Translations under genes and position numbers: made by a program
The notes under the pieces: generated by a model
The model's database searches: none
The model's input: the letters and a program-made list of their open reading frames with translations, nothing else
What the model was told of the DNA's origin: nothing
In this document: piece by piece, positions 20,136 to 29,107 of the stretch
Position numbering within the stretch: position 1 is the first letter of the stretch
How the letters are laid out: every line of letters starts with the position of its first letter
Source of the DNA: Candidatus Hydrogenedentota bacterium
GTDB taxonomy: Bacteria; Hydrogenedentota; Hydrogenedentia; Hydrogenedentales; SLHB01
DNA: 64,000 nucleotides
Direction of reading: 5' to 3'
Assembly: GCA_045863335.1 (NCBI GenBank)
Contig: BTVY01000015.1
Location: 69,518-133,517, forward strand

Positions 20136-21149
20136 GTGGGAGGTTTCGCGTTGCGCCAGTACAGAATGGTTGGTCTCGCCTTTGCAGTACTTGTCTGGCC
20201 GATAACCGCACAATCCGGTGAAACGGACCAGTACCTCGTCTGGGGCGTGACGCTCGAGGATTCCGCGCCGGCGATGAATCGCTACCTCAACGATGAGATC
20301 GCGGACTACCTGAAATCGCTGCATAACGATGTTCCGCCTTCTTCGGATGAAGTAACGAAGGGGACCTACCGCCATCTTTTCCGCGGCCTTCACGCGTCGA
20401 AGCTGCGCAATTTCTTGCAGCATTCCGAGGATATCGATCGGTATCCGCCCAAGACGGTGTCCTTTTGGCAGTACCAGAACATGAGCATCTACCGCGGCCG
20501 TTCGTTTCCCTACATCCTGCCCATGTCGCGGACCATTCGCGTGGGCGAGGTCTATTGTGGTATCGACAAGTTCGCGCATTTCTTCGGGTTCGGGCGGCAC
20601 AGTTACCGGATCTACCGGAACGCGCGCGAGGATGGACTGGACGAAGACGCCGCAATCGGGCGCGTCGTGCGGATTAGTGTTCGATGGGAGAACACCCGCG
20701 TGGGTCGAATCGTGGACGGAATTTTTTCCCACGCCGACATCGAGGCCAGCTTCCAGGGATTTCTGCTCGCGCGGGATCTGTGCGCCGGGGACGACCCCTA
20801 TGTGAAGCTGATAGACGGATACTGGACGCTGGTCCGGCCTATCGACATTCGGGACTACGTGACGCCCGACTTCGATGAGTCGTATAATCCATCCCATTAT
20901 TGGCTGCTACGGAAGCGATTCGTCTTGCCGTTGCTTGAGGAGGAATACGCGCACCGGCTGTCCGAACCGGCGGTTCAGAAACGGTTCGCGCGATACCGGC
21001 AGTACGAACCCAGCGAGTCCGTTCGACTTATTCGCGAGCACTTTCGCGCGAACGGCGGCGACGTGCAGGCGCGCCAATACAGAACGGCCTTCGGCGTGCC
21101 GCCCCGAACGACGTCCGCGCGACCTTCGACTTCGGCTCGCGCCAATTGA
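20136..21149 (+). CDS. Secreted hypothetical protein
   Basis: Signal-like N-terminus (AQS-GETDQY); GIDKFAHFFGFG motif; normal protein-like composition. Confidence 0.75.
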   Translation: MGGFALRQYRMVGLAFAVLVWPITAQSGETDQYLVWGVTLEDSAPAMNRYLNDEIADYLKSLHNDVPPSSDEVTKGTYRHLFRGLHASKLRNFLQHSEDIDRYPPKTVSFWQYQNMSIYRGRSFPYILPMSRTIRVGEVYCGIDKFAHFFGFGRHSYRIYRNAREDGLDEDAAIGRVVRISVRWENTRVGRIVDGIFSHADIEASFQGFLLARDLCAGDDPYVKLIDGYWTLVRPIDIRDYVTPDFDESYNPSHYWLLRKRFVLPLLEEEYAHRLSEPAVQKRFARYRQYEPSESVRLIREHFRANGGDVQARQYRTAFGVPPRTTSARPSTSARAN

Positions 21150-21177
21150 TATGTGCCTGAAAGTTGCCCGGCAGGCA

Positions 21178-21888
21178 CTATTCAGCCGAGTCGTCTTCCC
21201 TACTTGAGGCCGCCGAAGCCGGTTCTATCTCTTTGAGCGTTTCCGCCACGCGAGTCCTCACGCCTTCGATCACACCCGGCACCGCCACGTTGGTCGCAAC
21301 GTTTGCCGCCCAGCCGGGAACTCGACCACCGGGATCGGTGAACACGGTGTACCGCACCAAAGAACGGTCCGGGCCCTCAAGAAACACCTCCCATGATCCA
21401 TAGGTGTCGTTGATATTTCCGCTGTCCGGCACATAGGTCCACCTATTGACGAAGACCGTCACGTCGCCGCGTGACTCGCTCCCGCTCTTCAGTTCGAGGA
21501 CATAGTGCCGGTCGCCAATAGGCCAGGGAAAATCGAGTTCATACCGAGCGCGCGTACGATCCTTGTCCTTAAAATCGATTCGCACTTCCTTGCAATAGGG
21601 CATGAACTCAGGAAACGATTCGTAATCGGTAAGCACGCGAATTACCTGATCCGGCGTGGCGTCAATCACCGCAATGGCAGTGGCCTTTTTCACTGCCGAG
21701 TCCGCAACTTCGGAAAGGTGAACAAGTATCTCGCCATTGTCCAGCGACCCGCGCTGTTCGTCCGTTAACGGCGATCCGTCCGGCGCGGCGATCTCGATCG
21801 CCGGGGAAACCACCGCGCAGACAACAAGCACTGCCACTGTGCAAGAGGCGGCTCGTACTCGTTTTCGGGCCACAGGATTTGACCTCAC
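21178..21888 (-). CDS. SRPBCC/START-like (polyketide cyclase) lipid-binding protein
   Basis: IDATPDQV..VLTDYESFPEFMP, PWPIGDR, DPGGRVPGW. Confidence 0.85.
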   Translation of the reverse strand: MRSNPVARKRVRAASCTVAVLVVCAVVSPAIEIAAPDGSPLTDEQRGSLDNGEILVHLSEVADSAVKKATAIAVIDATPDQVIRVLTDYESFPEFMPYCKEVRIDFKDKDRTRARYELDFPWPIGDRHYVLELKSGSESRGDVTVFVNRWTYVPDSGNINDTYGSWEVFLEGPDRSLVRYTVFTDPGGRVPGWAANVATNVAVPGVIEGVRTRVAETLKEIEPASAASSREDDSAE

Positions 21889-22301
21889 CCGATCCCGTCG
21901 CCGCCGATGGCGAAGTCGCGGCGCGCGGTGACAATACTGATGGTGAATCCCGCGATCACGTCAATGAGCGCAATCAAGGTGAGCAGCATGAACGTTGCCG
22001 TACCTGCGCCGGCGGACACGATGAACTCGATGAGAAAGGCAATGAACACGACCATAGACAACATGTGGTCGATGATAGTCGTGCGGGAGATTCGTGCCGC
22101 CTTCAGAATCTCGAAGTAGAGGAGCAGGATTGCGACTCCAATCATCAGGTCGGCGGCGCCCACGGCGGTGGGTTCGTCCCGGGTTAGGTGAGGGATATTG
22201 AGCATCGTGGGGTTGGCCTCGAAATCGACACCCGCCACCATCGCGACGTTGTAAATGACAAACACGAGGCCCAGCAAGGGAAAGTACAAAACGTATCGCA
22301 T
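21885..22301 (-). CDS. Hypothetical 4-TM membrane protein
   Basis: MRYVLYFPLL..., EILKA..IIDHMLS..DVIAGF..ARRD; CAGGAG RBS. Confidence 0.8.
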   Translation of the reverse strand: MRYVLYFPLLGLVFVIYNVAMVAGVDFEANPTMLNIPHLTRDEPTAVGAADLMIGVAILLLYFEILKAARISRTTIIDHMLSMVVFIAFLIEFIVSAGAGTATFMLLTLIALIDVIAGFTISIVTARRDFAIGGDGIG

Positions 22302-22474
22302 CGAGATTCTCCTGTGATCAAAGCGCGAACGGCATGGCACGGACTGCCTTGACGCCGGTCGGTGTGTGCAGTTCCAAGGCGCCCGGACCTTCGTTGATGC
22401 CATTGTCCCACATCGTTGGCCGATTTGGTAGTATGGCCCGCGTCATTGCGTCCCCGGCGAGGAAAGGCGATCTC

Positions 22475-24544
22475 ATGCTCCGATGCACCCTATGGATCCG
22501 CTGGATTCTCATGCTACCGCTTCTCTGCGCGGTTTCCATCGCCGACGAAGGCATGTGGTTATTTACAAATCCGCCCGTCGAACAGTTGGATGCCAAGTAT
22601 GGCTTCGCTCCTTCCTCAGCGTGGCTTGACCACGTTCAACAGTCCGCGCTGCGATTCAACACGGGCGGCTCCGCGTCGTTCGTTTCGGACCAAGGTCTGG
22701 TCCTGACCAACCACCACGTCGGCTCGGGCATCATCGAGAACCTGAGTACCCCGGAAGCGAATATCCTGGAAACCGGATTCTACGCAAAGTCGCGCGACGA
22801 CGAGTTGGTTTGTCCCGACGTGGAAGTGAACATGCTTGTTCGAATTGTCGACGTGACGGATCGCGTCGTCGCTGCGGGCTCGGCTGTGGAATCGCTTGCG
22901 GACGCCAATGCGGCGCGTCGGGAAATGATCTCTGTAATTGAAGACGAATTCGAATCGGAGACCGGACTGGATTGCCAGGTGGTGACGCTGTACCGGGGCG
23001 AACAGTATCACCTTTACCAATACAAACGCTTCACGGATATCCGCCTCGTCATGGCGCCGGAGCTGCAAGTCGCCTTCTACGGCGGCGACAACGACAACTT
23101 TGAATACCCGCGGTATGCGCTCGACATGTGCTTCTTTCGAGTGTACGAGAATGACGCGCCGTACCGGCCCGAGCATTTTCTGACCTGGAGCCGGGAAGGC
23201 GCGTCGGAGGGCGAACTCGTGTTTGTCGCGGGCCATCCCGGCCACACGCAACGGCTCACCACCGTCGCTCACCTGGAGTTCCTACGCGACGTCGAAATAC
23301 CGCACCGGCTGCGCCAGTTCTGGCGGCGCGAGGTGCAACTACAGACGTTCTCGAAGCGCGATCCGGAGTTCGAACGCATGGCTAAGGCCGAACTGTACGG
23401 CGTACAGAACGGACGGAAGGCCTACACGGCCATTCTGGCTGGCCTTCAAGATCCCGCCCTCTTCGCGCGTAGAGAGATGGATGAACGGGCGCTACGCGAA
23501 GCGGTCATGGCCAAGCCTGAGTATCGCGAACAGTGGGGCGGCGCGTGGGACGAGATTGCCGGCGCGCGGGACGCCTACTGCACCTTCTTCGAGCGCCACC
23601 GTACGGGGATCCATTCGCATCTCTACGGCATCGCCGTCGATCTCGTGCGGCTTGCGGCAGAGCTGACAAAACCCAGTGCGGAACGTCTCCCCGAATACGC
23701 TGACGCCAACCTGGATTCGCTGTATCGCGGGCTCTACACGCCCAGCCCCATCTACGACGCGCAGGAGATGGAACGCATCGAGTCGAGCCTCGCGCACATC
23801 GCCGCAACCTTCGGCGCCAAAGACCCCTATACGCAGGCGGCGCTCGGCGGGATATCTCCCCGCGAAAGGGCGGTTGCTTTGGTCACCGGCACCACGCTGA
23901 AGGATGTTGAAGTGCGAAAAGCTCTGGTGGATGGCGGCGCCAAAGCAATCGCTGAATCCACCGATCCCATGATTCAACTGGCGATCGCGTTGGACGACGA
24001 TGCCCGGCAGTGGCGAAAGAAATACGAAGACGACGTCGAAAGCGTGGAAAAGGACGCCTACGCCAAGATTGCCGCGGCACGATTCGCCATCGAAGGCGAA
24101 GATGTGTATCCCGACGCGACATTCACCCTGCGCCTCGCGTTCGGTCAGGTCAAAGGCTATTCCAAACCTGCGGATGAGGTCCCCGCGTTTACCACCTTCC
24201 GCGGGATGTACGCGCTCGCGGAGTCGCGCCGGGATTACGCCGACTACGTTCTCCCGGAACGCTGGCGCAAGGCGGAGAAACGCCTGGACCTCGACACCCC
24301 TTACAATTTCGTCTGCACCGCCGACATCACCGGCGGAAACTCCGGCAGCCCGGTCATCAACACGCACGGTGAACTCGTCGGACTCATCTTCGACAGCAAC
24401 CTGCACGGCATCGTGCACAATATCGTCTACGAAGAAGAGCACGGCCGAGCCGTCGCCGTCGACGCGCGCGGCATGCTCGAGGCCCTGCGGAAGGTGTACA
24501 AAACGCGCGCCCTCTTCGACGAAGTCCTCCATGCCGCCGGGTAG
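22475..24544 (+). CDS. S46 family dipeptidyl peptidase (DPP7/DPP11-like)
   Basis: ADEGMW mature N-terminus, SASFVSDQGLVLTNHH, YPDATFTLRL, DITGGNSGSPV. Confidence 0.95.
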   Translation: MLRCTLWIRWILMLPLLCAVSIADEGMWLFTNPPVEQLDAKYGFAPSSAWLDHVQQSALRFNTGGSASFVSDQGLVLTNHHVGSGIIENLSTPEANILETGFYAKSRDDELVCPDVEVNMLVRIVDVTDRVVAAGSAVESLADANAARREMISVIEDEFESETGLDCQVVTLYRGEQYHLYQYKRFTDIRLVMAPELQVAFYGGDNDNFEYPRYALDMCFFRVYENDAPYRPEHFLTWSREGASEGELVFVAGHPGHTQRLTTVAHLEFLRDVEIPHRLRQFWRREVQLQTFSKRDPEFERMAKAELYGVQNGRKAYTAILAGLQDPALFARREMDERALREAVMAKPEYREQWGGAWDEIAGARDAYCTFFERHRTGIHSHLYGIAVDLVRLAAELTKPSAERLPEYADANLDSLYRGLYTPSPIYDAQEMERIESSLAHIAATFGAKDPYTQAALGGISPRERAVALVTGTTLKDVEVRKALVDGGAKAIAESTDPMIQLAIALDDDARQWRKKYEDDVESVEKDAYAKIAAARFAIEGEDVYPDATFTLRLAFGQVKGYSKPADEVPAFTTFRGMYALAESRRDYADYVLPERWRKAEKRLDLDTPYNFVCTADITGGNSGSPVINTHGELVGLIFDSNLHGIVHNIVYEEEHGRAVAVDARGMLEALRKVYKTRALFDEVLHAAG

Positions 24545-24628
24545 GTTTGGGCAGTATGAGTATTCCGTTCGGTATCGGTATACTGAATCCGATTAGGGCG
24601 GAGTTTTCGCAAACATGAGGGGGTTACC

Positions 24629-26098
24629 ATGAAGTTCGGACCGGCATTTCGTAGGGGTATTCTGACTGTTGTTTCCATTTCGTTCCTGGCCATGGTGCCA
24701 CAGTGCTCGCAGGGGGGATTTGTCGCCAAGGATTTCGAACTGGTGAGCGAGAACGGTTTCGATCCCGTGGACAATGCGGCGGACAATAACGACTACGCCT
24801 GGGCTATGCGGTATTTCCAGGCCGACGGAGCGGACGAGGGACATGTCTACGTCGGCACGGGCAACAATATTGCCGGGCTCATCGGCTTCTACATCACGAC
24901 GCTGACCAGCGGCGGCGACATTTTGGACGCGCCGGTGTTCCCGCCGGAGATCCGCCGGCATCGGCCCGATCTGGGCCCGAAGGTGTGGGAGAAAGTGCTC
25001 GACTACCGGGACGTGGAAATGGAAGGCGAGTTCCTCACGACGGGATTTCGATTCATGGGCACCTACAACGCTGTCGTCACCGACGCGAAGAACGGCGTAA
25101 TCCGGGCCAACCACGTCTACGCCGCGACCCAGGGTCTTGAATCGGTGCTGTGGCGTTCGCAGACGGGCGACCCGGGCACCTGGGAGGCGGTGTTCAGCAC
25201 GGGCGAGTTCGGGCCGTCCATCCGCTATTTCTGCACCCACAAGGGCCGTATGTACCTCGCCATGGCCTTCGACACCTTTGAAGACGACCCCTCGCCGGGC
25301 GAGTTGTGGGTGTCCGACGACGGCCTGAACTTCGTGCCGGTCATGCAGGACGGATTCGGCAATCCCAACAACCGCGGCGTCGAATTCGTGGTGTCGTACA
25401 ACGATTGGCTCTACGCCGGCACGAAGAATGATGTCGAAGGGTTTGAGATTTGGAAACTCGACGGCCCGGACAAGGGCGTCATCGCCCCCATCAAGATCGT
25501 GGACCAGGGCGCAACGGATCCGCTCAACGAAATCGCGGGCACGCCCATCGTGTTCAACGGCAAACTCTATGTGGGCAGCATCATCTTCTTTGGGTTCAAC
25601 CCGCAACAACTCCAGGGGTTCAAGGGTTGCGACATTATTCGGATCGACGAAAATGACGACTGGGAAACAGTGGTCGGGCCGCACTCCACGTCCGGCTACG
25701 ATTCTGGCTTCAACTTCTTCACCAACTCCTATTGCTGGTGGATGGAAGAACACGACGGCTGGCTCTACGCGGGCACCTGGGATCAGGGAACCGTGTTGTC
25801 ATGGCTGCTCGACAATATCCCCGCGTTGGTCGAATTCATCCAGACCGGGAGCGCCGACGTCAGCCTGGAAGACTCCTTGCAGCTCCAACTGTTGTACCGC
25901 GGCACGCGATCGGGCGCGGATGTGTTCCGCACAAAGGATGGCGACCACTGGTTCCCGGTAACCCTGGACGGCATGGGCAACACGGGCAATTACGGCTGGC
26001 GTACTATGGAGTCCACGCCGGACGGATACCTGTACCTGGGTTCAGCAAATCCGCTGGATGGACTGGAAGTCTGGCGCGCGAAGACGCCGGAAGAATAG
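24629..26098 (+). CDS. Secreted beta-propeller-like hypothetical protein
   Basis: Repeated DGFGNxxNxG / LYAGT / G.EIW blades; signal peptide. Confidence 0.8.
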   Translation: MKFGPAFRRGILTVVSISFLAMVPQCSQGGFVAKDFELVSENGFDPVDNAADNNDYAWAMRYFQADGADEGHVYVGTGNNIAGLIGFYITTLTSGGDILDAPVFPPEIRRHRPDLGPKVWEKVLDYRDVEMEGEFLTTGFRFMGTYNAVVTDAKNGVIRANHVYAATQGLESVLWRSQTGDPGTWEAVFSTGEFGPSIRYFCTHKGRMYLAMAFDTFEDDPSPGELWVSDDGLNFVPVMQDGFGNPNNRGVEFVVSYNDWLYAGTKNDVEGFEIWKLDGPDKGVIAPIKIVDQGATDPLNEIAGTPIVFNGKLYVGSIIFFGFNPQQLQGFKGCDIIRIDENDDWETVVGPHSTSGYDSGFNFFTNSYCWWMEEHDGWLYAGTWDQGTVLSWLLDNIPALVEFIQTGSADVSLEDSLQLQLLYRGTRSGADVFRTKDGDHWFPVTLDGMGNTGNYGWRTMESTPDGYLYLGSANPLDGLEVWRAKTPEE

Positions 26099-26111
26099 TT
26101 CGGACATCTAA

Positions 26112-26143
26112 GAGGGCCGATCCATGCTGGTGGATCGGCCCTG
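26112..26143. terminator. Bidirectional hairpin terminator
   Basis: AGGGCCGATCCA-TGCTGG-TGGATCGGCCCT between convergent genes. Confidence 0.7.
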
Positions 26144-26148
26144 TTTAC

Positions 26149-26298
26149 TTACGCCGGATCCGCTTCCTTCTCTTCCTTCTTCCCTTCCAACTGTTTGACC
26201 AGTTGATCGAGAACGATCTCAAGAATCGACAGGAACGGGCCTTGCCGCACCAGCGCGGGCATGGGCCGGTTTGCGGTAATGGTCGAGATGTGTCGCAT
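26149..26298 (-). CDS. Small 49-aa peptide
   Basis: MRHISTITANRPMPALVRQGPFLSILEIVLDQLVKQLEGKKEEKEADPA*, with strong GAGGGAGGAG RBS and its own terminator. Confidence 0.65.
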   Translation of the reverse strand: MRHISTITANRPMPALVRQGPFLSILEIVLDQLVKQLEGKKEEKEADPA

Positions 26299-26386
26299 GG
26301 ATGGTACTCCTCCCTCGTGCTGCGAATCCCCGTTTGGAAGCGTACCGATCGGACGCGCTTGCTGCAACTTGCTCTTCGGTACGCGG

Positions 26387-27592
26387 CTATTCGGACGGAA
26401 TCTCGAGATATCGCCGCATGGCTGTGGCAAGGGCGTGACCGAACGCGCGCGCATTTGCCGGTGTTACGGTCGTATCGCCGACGTTGGCGTAGGGCACTTC
26501 GATGGCGGTTGCGAGGTGCACCCCATCCAACCCTGCCGCCCACTGGGGCATGGCGGTCCCGGCCGTGTAGTTGGCCCCCGTGTTCCAGGCCGTGCCGAAC
26601 GGGAGGTTGTCCGCTGACCGGAACGGAAGGCCCGGCTCCGGGAGAGACTCAAGGATGCGGCTGAATCGCTGCTGCTCTTCCCAGATTCCCGGGTCGGAAC
26701 TCCCGACGAGATACACCACCTCGTTGTGTTCCCCGCGAATGTATGGGCAATGAATATCCATGGCAATACGCAAACGCCCGGAAGACCACTCGGGAACGAA
26801 AGCGCGCAATGCGGCAACTTCGGGATAGATGCTTTCGCCTTCATAGTCGCGCCCATGATCGCGAGGCTTGCGGTTCTTGCCCTGGTCTCCGTCTTCGACG
26901 CCATCGGTATCCATCAACGGGATAACCAGGACCTCGACGTTCTCGCGAAACCAGGCGCCGTCCTCGGTGTCCGCCAAGATAGATTGGAGAATTCCTTCGA
27001 CAATGTAACTCGCCATGGATTCACAGCTATGGTGCCGGGCGGTGAGCATGATACGGTAGCGGGGTTCCACTTCGATCGCGCCGACACGAAGGCGCGTCAC
27101 GTCACGGCCATTCCGCGTCGATGCCAGTACGCCGGTTTCGAGGTACTTGTTTCCGGCATACGGCGCGAGAAACCGATCAAGATCGCTGCGCTGATACGGC
27201 ATGGCAAACGCGAAACGGACCGCCTCCTGATCGGCGGAAAATGAATAGGTGAACTCGACGCCGCCATCGAACTCGCCTACCGTCTCATTCCCGAGCCAGG
27301 ACCAGGTAAGACCTTCGTCCAGACTGACGGCGGGGCCTCGGGTGCCAATCACGTTCCGATTGGTGAACCGGAAGGTCATGGTGCGCTCCGCAGCGCCGCG
27401 CACCTCAAAACTCCAATAGAACCACCAGCCTTCCGTGTCGCGCAGGTCCTGGTGAAGATACACGACGTCTCCGTCGATCCGCTCTACGACGATGTTGCCG
27501 CCGGGATAGTCTGCGCCGATCCGCACTTCCGCCCGCGCCACACTCGCAACGCACGACGCCAGGGCAACCGTGAGTAGAACATACCGAACCAT
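26387..27592 (-). CDS. M14 zinc carboxypeptidase-like protein
   Basis: ARHHSCE, DTDGV, GKNR..DHGRD, DIHCP, IEVPY; signal peptide; AGGAGG RBS. Confidence 0.88.
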   Translation of the reverse strand: MVRYVLLTVALASCVASVARAEVRIGADYPGGNIVVERIDGDVVYLHQDLRDTEGWWFYWSFEVRGAAERTMTFRFTNRNVIGTRGPAVSLDEGLTWSWLGNETVGEFDGGVEFTYSFSADQEAVRFAFAMPYQRSDLDRFLAPYAGNKYLETGVLASTRNGRDVTRLRVGAIEVEPRYRIMLTARHHSCESMASYIVEGILQSILADTEDGAWFRENVEVLVIPLMDTDGVEDGDQGKNRKPRDHGRDYEGESIYPEVAALRAFVPEWSSGRLRIAMDIHCPYIRGEHNEVVYLVGSSDPGIWEEQQRFSRILESLPEPGLPFRSADNLPFGTAWNTGANYTAGTAMPQWAAGLDGVHLATAIEVPYANVGDTTVTPANARAFGHALATAMRRYLEIPSE

Positions 27593-27652
27593 GAATCCTC
27601 CTACTTCACCGACGATGACAGTGTGACGAAAGGCAGCAGTGCGCGCAACCAT

Positions 27653-29107
27653 TCATGATTTCAGCGAGGGGATGCGGTTAAGCGTGTAATAGGCGGCATC
27701 GTGAAGGAGGGGCGTGCCCTCCGCGTCGCGCAGGCCGGGTGCGTGGAGTTCGTGCACGTAAATCGCGCGCAATCCTTTCACGACAAGATCCACGCCGAGT
27801 TGATCGTCATGCACGGACGCGGCGGTAATCGCCAGATCTTGGGCGTCGATCTCAGGACTGCCGTAGTCCTGGTGGTAAAGAAACGTGTAGCTCGACATGC
27901 GGTAGGACGTCCGATCCGCCGCGGATTTCGAATCGACCGGTTTGGTGAAGCGAAGCGTGAACCCATCAGGCCGGGCGCTCATGCTGAGAATCTCAAAAGG
28001 CGTCTCACCGGTCCACACGAGGCGCTCCAGGCCGTAGGACGTCCGTCCCGTGGAGTTCCAGCCGCGATTGGTTTCGCCAATGAACATGGACCCGTCGGCG
28101 CCCCAGGCCATGCGGACAACTGCGGATTGAAAGCCGTCCCGAAAGGGAAAACACGCGCCCTGGTATGCGCCATCGACTTTTTCGAGAAAGACGCGGTTGA
28201 CCTGAGCCATCGTGAAATCACCGACAAAGAGTTGCCCGACGAAGGGCCCGAACTTCCCACCTGTCTGGTCGCAGGCGATGTCGGTAGCACTCATGCCCAT
28301 CTTGCGATACGGAAACCATACGGCGGGAACGGATAAGGCCGGCACGGCTTTGACCGCCTCGGGCAGAGGCAGTTCCGCGGGGATCGTGCCGGGATGTTGC
28401 AGCGGCGACTCGGGACGTTTCATATCCTTCAGGGAGTCCACGTGGCCGTAGAACGCGCCTTCGCGCGCGTGGTGCAACGAACCCGCGGGCACCCAGTTGC
28501 CCTGCTGATCGGTGAAAAACATGTCGCCCTCCGCGTTGGTACCGAGGCCGCAGGGCGACCGCATGCCCGCGCACATGGGAATGACCTTGCCGGATTCGCC
28601 AATCGTCACGCCCCACCCGCGCCACGCGTCATCCGGGATGTCCTTCTTGCCCAGAGTCTGGTTGAGCATGACCCAGAGGCGGCCCTGCCCGTCCCGCTTG
28701 GGACCAAAGGCGTATTCGTGGTAATTCCCCGTGATGCCCCAGCCGTTCGCCACGGTTAGATACGCGTCGATCGCGTCGTCACTGTCGAGATCGCGCAGAC
28801 GCGTCACCTCGCTGCGCTGGGCGGTCAGGAGATCGTCGCCGTCGACCATGAGTCCGAGGGGCTCATGCAAGGCGCTGGCGATTCGCTTGAACGTCAAGTT
28901 GGCGGGCAGTTCGTCGTAGGCGTTGTCGACAAGCCAGACTTCGCCCTTCCGAATGGCCGCGGCCACGCGGCCATCCGGCAGCACGCACAACCCACCCACC
29001 TCAAACGCCACGCCCTCCGGCGTGGGCAGGGTGACAATTCGGTAATAGTCGTCCTCTCCCGCGAACGACGTGGCGGCCAATGCCGTAATGATCAATAGCC
29101 TTACCAT
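27653..29107 (-). CDS. PVC-type membrane-bound dehydrogenase-associated beta-propeller protein
   Basis: LHEPLGL, GNYHEYAFG, AGMRSPCG, TDQQGNW, FGPFVGQLFVGD; coupled to the cytochrome gene. Confidence 0.8.
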   Translation of the reverse strand: MVRLLIITALAATSFAGEDDYYRIVTLPTPEGVAFEVGGLCVLPDGRVAAAIRKGEVWLVDNAYDELPANLTFKRIASALHEPLGLMVDGDDLLTAQRSEVTRLRDLDSDDAIDAYLTVANGWGITGNYHEYAFGPKRDGQGRLWVMLNQTLGKKDIPDDAWRGWGVTIGESGKVIPMCAGMRSPCGLGTNAEGDMFFTDQQGNWVPAGSLHHAREGAFYGHVDSLKDMKRPESPLQHPGTIPAELPLPEAVKAVPALSVPAVWFPYRKMGMSATDIACDQTGGKFGPFVGQLFVGDFTMAQVNRVFLEKVDGAYQGACFPFRDGFQSAVVRMAWGADGSMFIGETNRGWNSTGRTSYGLERLVWTGETPFEILSMSARPDGFTLRFTKPVDSKSAADRTSYRMSSYTFLYHQDYGSPEIDAQDLAITAASVHDDQLGVDLVVKGLRAIYVHELHAPGLRDAEGTPLLHDAAYYTLNRIPSLKS

